This document shows positions 18,029-25,675 of a DNA stretch of 32,000 nucleotides, piece after piece. Source of the stretch: Archaeoglobus fulgidus DSM 4304 (GTDB lineage: Archaea; Halobacteriota; Archaeoglobi; Archaeoglobales; Archaeoglobaceae); contig NC_000917.1 in the NCBI RefSeq assembly GCF_000008665.1, positions 390,001-422,000 on the forward strand, in the 5' to 3' direction. Every line of letters starts with the position of its first letter. Within the stretch, counting starts at the first letter, position 1. The position numbers and the translations under genes are program-made. The notes under the pieces were generated by a model. The model was not told the DNA's origin. It saw nothing but the letters and a program-made list of their open reading frames with translations, and searched no databases.

Positions 18029-18394
18029 ATGACAATGATAATGAGGAGTATCATTGATTCTTTAGAAGCTCTGTTTTCAAGTTTCTTTTCGAGCATAGCC
18101 CCAAACTTGTATGAAGTTTTGAACTTTCACTGCAAGAAGCATACAGGAATGAATTTTGCTGAAGCCACTCTTAAAAATCCCAAGCTCACCTACGAGTTTC
18201 TCGTGAAGTTCTTCGATTCGGAGATGGCAGTTGACGTTCTTGACTACCTGCTCAGCAATTTTCTGAAGAAGTATAGCATTCGAGCCTACGGAATCCTGAA
18301 AAGCTTTAAAAGTGGGGATAATAAAAAATTGATTGAGGTGGCTAAGTTATACAGCAAGGTGATGCAGAATGGAGGCGGTAAAGACAGGGATTGA
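18029..18394 (+). CDS. Small helical protein of unknown function in the KaiC/kinase cluster
   Basis: MTMIMRSIIDSLEALFSSFFSSIAPNLYEVLNFHCKKHTG... The track start at 17966 would put the TATA box inside the gene. Resemblance to NitrOD5/DUF3227-like domains is suspected from memory only. Confidence 0.65.
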   Translation: MTMIMRSIIDSLEALFSSFFSSIAPNLYEVLNFHCKKHTGMNFAEATLKNPKLTYEFLVKFFDSEMAVDVLDYLLSNFLKKYSIRAYGILKSFKSGDNKKLIEVAKLYSKVMQNGGGKDRD

Positions 18395-19700
18395 GGGTTT
18401 TGATGATATTTTTGGAGGATTCTACAGGGGCCAGATAATACTTATTGCCGGTAATCCCGGCTCCGGAAAAACGACTTTTTGTGCTAAGTTTCTTTATGAA
18501 GGGGCCAGAAGATTCGGTGAAAATGGACTTTACATAAGCATTGGCGAGTCGAAGGAGGAGTTTTACGAGTACATGAAAAAACTTGGGATGGACTTTGAGA
18601 AACTGGAGAAGACGGGCTCATTCAAATATGTGGAAATGCTCGCACCCACCTCGGAAGATGCGCTAATGCAGCTATCGAGAGAGCTAACTAAAAATGCCCT
18701 CGAATTGAAAGCGACGAGAATCGTCATCGACTCAATTTCTCCCATACTGTCGATGAATCCCGAGACGGCAAGGGCAATTCTGCACAACGCCCTCAAAACC
18801 ATTAGCAGGGAGCTGAAGTCGGTTGTGCTGATGACAGAAGAGATGCCAATAGGCGAGACGAGAATCGGTCAGGGGATAGAGGAGTTCGTTGTTGATGGAG
18901 TTATAGTTCTCAGGCTTGAAGTTCCAGAGGCTGGGGCTCCTGTTAGAACGATGAGTGTGCTGAAGCTCAGGGGAAAGCCGCTGGACAGGGCTGTGTACAA
19001 CTTTGAAATAGGACCTCCTTCAGGTGTGAGAGTGCTGATGCACGGAATAGAGGAGCTCGAGTCGAACATAGATTTTAATAACAAAATAGCCACCGGCATT
19101 GATGGTTTTGATGAACTTTTGGGTGGTGGCATCATCAGGGGAACTGCGACGGCATTCGTTGGACCTTCCGGAGGGGGAAAAACAGTGCTCATGCTTAGCG
19201 CAGCAGCCAATGTTGCCATTAACGGTGAGAATGTTACCTATATCTCCTTTGAAGAGCCAAGGCAGCAGATTGAAGAAACCTTAAAATTCCTTGGCTACGG
19301 AGAAGTAGAAGGTCTCGAGATTTTGAGCCTAAATCCGAGGATGATATCTTTAAGGGCGCTATACGACATACTATCTAAGACTGTTCTGGACCACCGCACA
19401 ATGCTTTTCATCGACGGGCTGAACGCAATCAGGAGGGAGTTTGGAGAGGCTTTTCACAGAGTGGTTAGGGATGTGGTGTTTCAGATGAAAAAGAACGGGA
19501 TAACAGTTGTTATCAGCCTAATTGGCGGTACTATCAAGGAGACTCTTTTAAGCACCATCGTTGATAATGTAGTTGAGCTGAGGGTGGTGGAGAAAGATGG
19601 CGAACTTAGGAGGGAGATCGCAGTTCGTAAAGCGAGGATGTCCAGAGCTTCTAACGAAGTGAAAAGACTCGTCTTCGACGGAAAGCCTGCGGTGAGATGA
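18369..19700 (+). CDS. Double-domain KaiC/RecA-like circadian-clock family ATPase
   Basis: TGIEGFDDIFGGFYRGQIILIAGNPGSGKTTF (Walker A 1) and TGIDGFDELLGGGIIRGTATAFVGPSGGGKTVL (Walker A 2), YISFEEPRQQ, Walker B RIVIDSIS and MLFIDGLN. Confidence 0.93.
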   Translation: MEAVKTGIEGFDDIFGGFYRGQIILIAGNPGSGKTTFCAKFLYEGARRFGENGLYISIGESKEEFYEYMKKLGMDFEKLEKTGSFKYVEMLAPTSEDALMQLSRELTKNALELKATRIVIDSISPILSMNPETARAILHNALKTISRELKSVVLMTEEMPIGETRIGQGIEEFVVDGVIVLRLEVPEAGAPVRTMSVLKLRGKPLDRAVYNFEIGPPSGVRVLMHGIEELESNIDFNNKIATGIDGFDELLGGGIIRGTATAFVGPSGGGKTVLMLSAAANVAINGENVTYISFEEPRQQIEETLKFLGYGEVEGLEILSLNPRMISLRALYDILSKTVLDHRTMLFIDGLNAIRREFGEAFHRVVRDVVFQMKKNGITVVISLIGGTIKETLLSTIVDNVVELRVVEKDGELRREIAVRKARMSRASNEVKRLVFDGKPAVR

Positions 19701-20083
19701 TGGATGCAGCCAGAAAAATCTTAGAGAGGCTTGAAAAAAGAGGATACAAAATCATAGAAAGAGAGAAAGTGAGAGGTGAGTCTGGGATAGAGCATACCTT
19801 CGATGCAGTAATACTAGGGCCTCAGGGAAAAAGAATTGCAGTGACAATTCTTGAGAGGCTTGGATTCGAACACGTAATTCCCCTTCTTGCCTTCAGAAAT
19901 GATCACAGAATGCCCCACATCGTATTTGCAAAGGAGATCGAAGTGGGAGTTGAAAAAATCCTGAAAAATTCCAATATTGTTGTAATACATCTGAAAGACC
20001 TTTCCGTAGCTTATGATCATCCAGAGTTAAGGGAAGAACAAGTGCTTGAAAAGGTTCTGAAACTACTCGAGGACACGACCTAA
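19697..20083 (+). CDS. Restriction-endonuclease-fold-like small protein, probably catalytically degenerate
   Basis: ARKILERLEKRGYKIIEREKV...HTFDAVILGPQGKRIAVTIL resembles PD-(D/E)xK architecture but lacks ExK; coupled to the KaiC gene by a 4-nt overlap. Confidence 0.5.
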   Translation: MMDAARKILERLEKRGYKIIEREKVRGESGIEHTFDAVILGPQGKRIAVTILERLGFEHVIPLLAFRNDHRMPHIVFAKEIEVGVEKILKNSNIVVIHLKDLSVAYDHPELREEQVLEKVLKLLEDTT

Positions 20084-20115
20084 AAAGTTTTAAATATTAA
20101 GTTCTAAAATAATAC

Positions 20116-21033
20116 ATGGATTACATGGAACTTGTTCTGGAGAACATTCGAGACGGTATTTTCGTCATTCAGAATGATGTAATCGTTTTCGCGACCCCTT
20201 CGGTAAAAGAGGCCGGATACGATATTTCAGAAGTTGTTGGTAAAAAATTTATTGAGTTCATCTGGGAGGGGAACAGAGAGGATGTTCTCAAAATCATCAG
20301 GTCCTTAACGGATGGGGCTGAATGTGAAATCAGAGCTCTGGCTAAGAAAAAAGATGGTAGGGCATGGATAGACGCCAGGTGCAAAAAGGTTGGAGAATAC
20401 CTGATTGTTGTAGCTAGAGACGTTTCCAGGCTGGTCTCTCTTGAAACTCTGCTTAGAGCCACCTTGGACATGCTTAGGCATTCACCAAGCGAAATTGACG
20501 AAGTTGAGAACATTCTGCGTGAGTATTTTGATGATGCAAGCTTTTCAGAAAAAATTCAGGACTTCAAGATTAAAGTAGGTGAGGTCACAGTTCCCGTTAG
20601 GTTTCAGGACAGAGTGTTGGGGAGCCTCAAAATCCAGCTGCCAGACTGGTTTGAGGTCACCGCCGAGGACATGGAACTTTTCAACGTTTTAGGGGAGTGT
20701 GTAGCGAAAAACATGATCATGCTGGAGTCAAGGAGAATCATAAGAAGCTCTCTTGTAGCTATTAAGGCAGCTTCAGAGAACCTTGCTCTTCTTGTCGATA
20801 GGATAAGAAATCCCCTTGCCGCCATTAACGGTTTTGTGGAGGTAAAAGTAGGAGGAGACGTTTACGAAAAGGTTCATGAACAGGTTATGGCAATTGAGGA
20901 GATTGTGAAGACTCTCGATGACGAGTGGGAGAAGGTGGACAGGCTTGCAGATAAGCTCAGCGAAGCCTTTTCTGTTTTAGAAAAACTCGGAACGACTGAA
21001 TCTCAGAAAATAAATAAAAAACGAAAAACCTAA
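20116..21033 (+). CDS. PAS-domain protein with C-terminal DHp-like segment and no ATPase domain
   Basis: PAS NIRDGIFVIQNDVIVFATPSVKEAGYDISEVVGKKFIEFI; C-terminal LLVDRIRNPLAAINGFVEVKV parallels the 14314-16629 product; TTTTAAATATTAAG sits just upstream. Confidence 0.82.
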   Translation: MDYMELVLENIRDGIFVIQNDVIVFATPSVKEAGYDISEVVGKKFIEFIWEGNREDVLKIIRSLTDGAECEIRALAKKKDGRAWIDARCKKVGEYLIVVARDVSRLVSLETLLRATLDMLRHSPSEIDEVENILREYFDDASFSEKIQDFKIKVGEVTVPVRFQDRVLGSLKIQLPDWFEVTAEDMELFNVLGECVAKNMIMLESRRIIRSSLVAIKAASENLALLVDRIRNPLAAINGFVEVKVGGDVYEKVHEQVMAIEEIVKTLDDEWEKVDRLADKLSEAFSVLEKLGTTESQKINKKRKT

Positions 21034-22928
21034 ACCTTCAAAGCCAGATCAGCTCCCTCCCTTGTTGCATCGAGAGCCTTTCTGGGCTTAACGCAGTCTC
21101 CAATCTTGTAGAGCTCGCTAACCTTGCCCTGAAGCTCGTCATACAGCCCATTGTTCGGCTTTGTACCGACAGCTATAACAGCAGTGTCACACTGCAACTC
21201 TTTCCTCTCACCATTCTGCTCCACAACCACTGCATTGGGCTTGATTTCAACAGCCTTCGTGTTGGTGAGCATCTCCACTCCCTTCTCTTTCAGGTACATC
21301 AATACGGTCCATCTTGTCGAGATGCCTATATCCTGGCCAATCTTCGGCAACATCTCCACAATTGTAACCTTCTTCCCCTCATTTGCAAGCTCTGCTGCAA
21401 CATCGCATCCAACTCCTCCTCCGCCTATAACCACCACACTGTTTCCAACCTCTGCCCTTCCTGCGAGGACATCGAAGGCTGTTACAGCATTCTCAACTCC
21501 CGGAATTGGTGGGATCAAAGGAGAAGCTCCAACGGCTATTACCGCAACATCAGGGTTCTCTGCTAAAACTTTGCCCGCATCAGCCTCCGTGTTGTATCTC
21601 ACCTCTACCCCAAGCTTTGGCAGGACGTTCATGAAGTACTTGCCCACTTCTGCAAATTCATAGCCCAAAGGTGACTTCGCAGCCAAGTTGAGCTGCCCTC
21701 CCAATTTGTCAGTTTTCTCGAATAAAACTACCTTATGCCCCTTTCTTGCAAGCATCTCTGCAGCCATGCATCCTCCCGGTCCACCTCCGACAATAACAAC
21801 CTTCTTTGGTTTTTCTGCTTTCAGATTTTCAAACTCAGCCTCCCTTCCAACTATGGGGTTAACGAGGCATGTAACTGGCTGAGCCTGCATAACCATGTCC
21901 ATGCAGCCCTGGTTGCAGGCCACGCAATACCTTATCTCATCAAACCTTCCCTCCTTGGCCTTCTTCGGCAGTTCAGGGTCGGCAATCAAAGCTCTCAGCA
22001 TTGCAACCATATCTGCCTTGCCCTCCTGCAGTATCTTTTCAGCCACAATCGGATCATTGATGCGGTGAGATGCGATAACGGGAACGCTTACAGCGCTCTT
22101 TATCTCTGCTGCAAGGTAAGCAAAACCTCCTCTGGGAACGAGCATTGTTGTCAAAGGCTTTCTGGACTCGTGCCAGCCCGCCATTACGTTGATTGCTACA
22201 ACTCCTGCATCCTCCAATATTTTGGCAATCTGCTTCATTTCTCTGACTGTGTTCCCTCCCTCGATGAACTCGTCTCCGGGGATTCGTATCATTACTGGAT
22301 AGCTCTCTCCGCACTTTTCCTTGATTTTTTGAATTATCTCAACCGCAAACCTCGTGCGGTTTTCCAAGCTGCCCCCATACTCGTCCGTTCTTTTGTTCGT
22401 TGCGGGGCTGAAGAACTGGGAAATGAGGTAGCCTGCTGAACCAATAAGCTCGACAGCATCGAAGCCAGCTTTCTTCGCCCTCACAGCTGCATCAGCAAAC
22501 TCCTCCTCGATTTGAAGGATTTCTTCTTTGGTGAGCTCTTTGGGAGTGCGCTTGGTGAAGATTGGTGGTGGTATGGGGGATGGGGCGACTGGTTGGCGGT
22601 TGGGGTCGAAGGAGATTTCGTATCTGCCTGGGTGCCATAGCTGTAAAGCGCATTTCACGTCGTACTTGTGGAAGACGTCGGCTATCTTCTTGAGGTCTGG
22701 AATAAATTCGTCGGAGTGTGCTGCTATTCCACCAAAGAAGTGGGGTTCGATTTTGGCAATCCCTACAACCGCAAAACCTATCCCTCCCTTCGCCCTCTCT
22801 TCGTAGAATCTCAAAAGCCTGTCAGTAGGTCTTCCATCGGGAGTGTGGTAGTTGAGTTCAGCAGCAGGCATTACAATGCGGTTCTTTACCTTCATTCCTC
22901 CAAACTCGATTGGCTCGAAAAGCTTCAT
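21030..22928 (-). CDS. NADH:flavin oxidoreductase / NADH oxidase (old yellow enzyme, 2,4-dienoyl-CoA reductase-like)
   Basis: LQLWHPGR, QFFSPATNKRTDEYGGSLENRTRF, CVACNQGCMDMV...VTCLVNP, VVIVGGGPGGCMAAEMLA, VVVIGGGGVGCDVAAELA. Confidence 0.94.
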   Translation of the reverse strand: MKLFEPIEFGGMKVKNRIVMPAAELNYHTPDGRPTDRLLRFYEERAKGGIGFAVVGIAKIEPHFFGGIAAHSDEFIPDLKKIADVFHKYDVKCALQLWHPGRYEISFDPNRQPVAPSPIPPPIFTKRTPKELTKEEILQIEEEFADAAVRAKKAGFDAVELIGSAGYLISQFFSPATNKRTDEYGGSLENRTRFAVEIIQKIKEKCGESYPVMIRIPGDEFIEGGNTVREMKQIAKILEDAGVVAINVMAGWHESRKPLTTMLVPRGGFAYLAAEIKSAVSVPVIASHRINDPIVAEKILQEGKADMVAMLRALIADPELPKKAKEGRFDEIRYCVACNQGCMDMVMQAQPVTCLVNPIVGREAEFENLKAEKPKKVVIVGGGPGGCMAAEMLARKGHKVVLFEKTDKLGGQLNLAAKSPLGYEFAEVGKYFMNVLPKLGVEVRYNTEADAGKVLAENPDVAVIAVGASPLIPPIPGVENAVTAFDVLAGRAEVGNSVVVIGGGGVGCDVAAELANEGKKVTIVEMLPKIGQDIGISTRWTVLMYLKEKGVEMLTNTKAVEIKPNAVVVEQNGERKELQCDTAVIAVGTKPNNGLYDELQGKVSELYKIGDCVKPRKALDATREGADLALKV

Positions 22929-23074
22929 GCTGTATGGCTTGCGGGATTAGCTATAAACCTTTCGAATCCGTGTAGGATTTTACGTATATTTTCCAAAAAA
23001 TAGTAGCTTAAGGGCTAATATGTAAACCAAAATTCCAAAAACTTTATTACTGAAAAATATTACTGAAAAATACA

Positions 23075-23539
23075 TTGTTCAGCATGGAAGAGGCTGAGAA
23101 AGCGAAGAGAAGGTCGATAGAGCTTCTCAACGAAACGAGGAACTGTGCCTATTCTTCCTTTGTTGCCCTTGCCGAAGCTCTGAATATCAGTCTCAACGAG
23201 GACATGAAAAACATGGCTATCGGCTTCGCCGGTGGAATCTCGGGGTCGGGACACATCTGCGGGGCCTTGTGGGGCTCCATAGCAGCAGCAAGTCTTTACA
23301 CTATGAAAATGATGGGGGACAGAAGGAAAATCCAGAACCCGCTGGAAAGGTACATGCCCGTCTATGCCAAATGCGCTGGAATTTACAGAAAGTTTGTTGA
23401 GTTAAATGGAAGCCCAAATTGCGGGGATTTAAATCCGAACCTCGACCTCGTGTCTGTGGAGCAGAGAAGGAAATGCATGGAAATAGTCAGCAGGGCGGTT
23501 GAAATCACGCTCTCCTCCCTCAAGGACCAAAAAACTTAA
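23075..23539 (+). CDS. C_GCAxxG_C_C family probable redox protein
   Basis: NCAYSSFVALAE...GFAGGISGSGHICGALWGSIAAASL...KCAGIYRKF...NCGDL...KCMEIVSRAVE. Start is TTG 23075 or ATG 23084. Confidence 0.82.
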   Translation: MFSMEEAEKAKRRSIELLNETRNCAYSSFVALAEALNISLNEDMKNMAIGFAGGISGSGHICGALWGSIAAASLYTMKMMGDRRKIQNPLERYMPVYAKCAGIYRKFVELNGSPNCGDLNPNLDLVSVEQRRKCMEIVSRAVEITLSSLKDQKT

Positions 23540-23563
23540 TTAAGTTTTAAACTAAACAACAAT

Positions 23564-23622
23564 AGCTCCGCCCCTCACGCCCGGGTGAGAAGCATGATCC
23601 CGGGTCGGTTGGCGGAGCTACA
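23564..23622 (+). ncRNA. Single-hairpin box H/ACA guide sRNA (candidate)
   Basis: Lower stem AGCTCCGCC(23564-23572)/GGCGGAGCT(23611-23619), pocket CCTCACG / TCGGTT, upper stem CCCGGG/CCCGGG, K-loop TGA-GAAGCA-TGA, ACA at 23620-23622 located 15 nt from the upper stem. TATA-like TTTTAAA lies just upstream. Confidence 0.82.
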
Positions 23623-23729
23623 CCAGCATGGAAACTATTTTGCAACAACAATCCCCAATACTGATACCCTTCTACTCTGGCTGGAAATAACATAGAAAAC
23701 TTTAAAAAATCATCATCATCAATCCGTAT

Positions 23730-24329
23730 ATGAAGTGGGGTTCAGCGTTCAGGCTTGCGGTTAAGGCCTTTCTGTTCGGACTGCTGTGGGTTGTTATAGG
23801 AGCCCTGCTGGTTACTGGTGGAGTATTCATGTTCCTCACAGGCGTCAGGATTCTCGCATTCCTTGCAGGGTTTGCAGGTCTGTTTATCATGTTCTTCGGC
23901 TTCTTTGCAGCGGTGTTCAAGGTTGGAAGCGACGCGTTCCTTGAGAAGTACGAAGCTTCACTTCAGCCTGTGGAGGTTACCTACGAGAACCAGGGCTTTG
24001 CGATGATACTCGGACAGCTCATCGACCAGGCTCTCACAAAAAACCCCTCCAAAGGAAACCTTGTGAGGGATTTGGAGGGCAATCTGGTTGTTGAGGTTAC
24101 AGACATGAACGCAGCGGCAACGGTTGAGTTTAATAAGGGCAGGATAACGGTTTACAACGGAATGCCCGCAAAAGGGAAATTCTCTATCATCTCTTCCGAC
24201 TTTGAGACCATCAACTCCCTCGCAACGGGAAAGGCGGGAATGCTGAAAACTCTAAAGCTTTTAGCCACCGGAAAGCTAAAAATAAAGGGCATAAGGATGG
24301 CAAGAAAGTTCCAGAGCCTCTTAGCCTAA
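23730..24329 (+). CDS. Membrane-anchored SCP2 sterol-transfer-like protein
   Basis: Two N-terminal hydrophobic helices, then LVRDLEGNLVVEVTDMNAAATVEFNKGRITVYNGMPAKGKFSIISSDFETINSLATGKAG...LLATGKLKIKGI (SCP2-like). Confidence 0.75.
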   Translation: MKWGSAFRLAVKAFLFGLLWVVIGALLVTGGVFMFLTGVRILAFLAGFAGLFIMFFGFFAAVFKVGSDAFLEKYEASLQPVEVTYENQGFAMILGQLIDQALTKNPSKGNLVRDLEGNLVVEVTDMNAAATVEFNKGRITVYNGMPAKGKFSIISSDFETINSLATGKAGMLKTLKLLATGKLKIKGIRMARKFQSLLA

Positions 24330-25661
24330 AATCTTTTTTATCGCCCTCAATCCCAGCTCGTAAAGCTCCCTCGCCCTATCCTCAGTTTTTGCTTCCGCAT
24401 AAACCCTTGCAATGGGCTCAGTCCCTGAGGGGCGAATTAAAACCCACCCGTCCTCGAAGTCAATCCTCGCTCCATCGATGTGATTGGCTTCGGGAAACTC
24501 CTCCTTCAGCCCTTCAAGCAGTCTCTTCTTCTCCCTGCACTCCACTTTGCCTTTTACAATGTGGTATCTTGGAATCTCAGCCGCAAGCTCGCTCAACCTC
24601 TTTCTTTTCTCATCAAGAAGCTCCAGAACCTTTGCAACGCTCATCCCCCCATCTCTCGCAATGAGATGCTCTGGGAAAATCAGCCCACCATTTCCCTCTC
24701 CGCCGAAAACAGCTTCCTTTTCAATCATCACCTTTGCAACCACTGGCGAGCCTACGGCGGTGTAAATAATCTCTCCACCAGCCATCTTAACCGCATCTTC
24801 AACGCATTTTGAGGATGAGACTGGAGTTACCACCAACCCCCCTCCATTCTTCTCAACGTAGTGCTTTGCCATGAGAGCGAGCATCACATCCTCATTGACG
24901 AAGTTTCCCTTCTCGTCAACAAAAACCGCTCTATCAGCATCTCCATCGTGAGCAACGCCGAAATCTGCCCTGAAGTCAACAACAGCCTTCTTCAGCAAAT
25001 CCAGCGAAGCCTCTACAGGCTCGGGATTTCTTGCGGGGAATCTGCCGTCGGGGTTGCAGTTTATTCCATAAACGTCGCAGCCAAGCTCCTTCAGAATTTC
25101 GGGAGTGGTGAAGCAGCCAGCTCCGTTTCCACAGTCAACGGCAACCCTGTAGGATTTGTCAAGCTCAACTGAGTTGATGATGGCCTCTATGTACTTCCTC
25201 AGCCCCGAATTGTCTTGGTAAAGCTGCCCCACCTCGCTCCATTCTGCGATCCTGAACTTCTTGCTCATGTAAACTCTCTCGCTCTCCTCGTCCATCTCCC
25301 TGTAGAACTCCACCCCATTCTCCTGAACGAACTTGATGCCGTTATACTCTCTCGGATTGTGGCTTGCAGTCACTATAACCCCTGCTGAGCAGTCCGTCTC
25401 CTTCACGTAATACTGAAGGGCCGGTGTGGGGGCAATGCCGATGTCAACAACATCACTGCCAGTGGACATTATTCCAGCCGAAACTGCAGATTTGAGCATT
25501 GAGCTTGAAATTCTCGTGTCGCATGCGATGGCTATCTTGCCCTGCCTTAGCGTTCCAATGGTCCTGCCAAGGTTTAGAGCCATATCGGCTGTAAGCTCGG
25601 AATTTGCAATCCCTCTAACTCCATTGGTTCCAAAAAGCTCTCCGGCTCCTCCTGCTCTCAT
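24321..25661 (-). CDS. Phosphoglucosamine mutase / phosphomannomutase family
   Basis: LFGTNGVRGIANSELT, VIVTASHNPREYNGIKF, AHDGDADRAVFVDE, GGEGNGGLIFP, RPSGTEPIARVYAEA. Confidence 0.94.
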   Translation of the reverse strand: MRAGGAGELFGTNGVRGIANSELTADMALNLGRTIGTLRQGKIAIACDTRISSSMLKSAVSAGIMSTGSDVVDIGIAPTPALQYYVKETDCSAGVIVTASHNPREYNGIKFVQENGVEFYREMDEESERVYMSKKFRIAEWSEVGQLYQDNSGLRKYIEAIINSVELDKSYRVAVDCGNGAGCFTTPEILKELGCDVYGINCNPDGRFPARNPEPVEASLDLLKKAVVDFRADFGVAHDGDADRAVFVDEKGNFVNEDVMLALMAKHYVEKNGGGLVVTPVSSSKCVEDAVKMAGGEIIYTAVGSPVVAKVMIEKEAVFGGEGNGGLIFPEHLIARDGGMSVAKVLELLDEKRKRLSELAAEIPRYHIVKGKVECREKKRLLEGLKEEFPEANHIDGARIDFEDGWVLIRPSGTEPIARVYAEAKTEDRARELYELGLRAIKKILG

Positions 25662-25675
25662 GGCAGCAATTCAGA

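Noticed and set aside
21735-22439. 234 aa plus-strand ORF
   Set aside because: Antisense to the OYE-type oxidoreductase, which has strong motifs throughout.
23640-23730. Possible C/D box sRNA (minus strand GATGATGA near 23710)
   Set aside because: No matching D box or C'/D' arrangement; the sequence is better explained as the promoter and 5' region of the 23730 gene (CTTTAAAAA).
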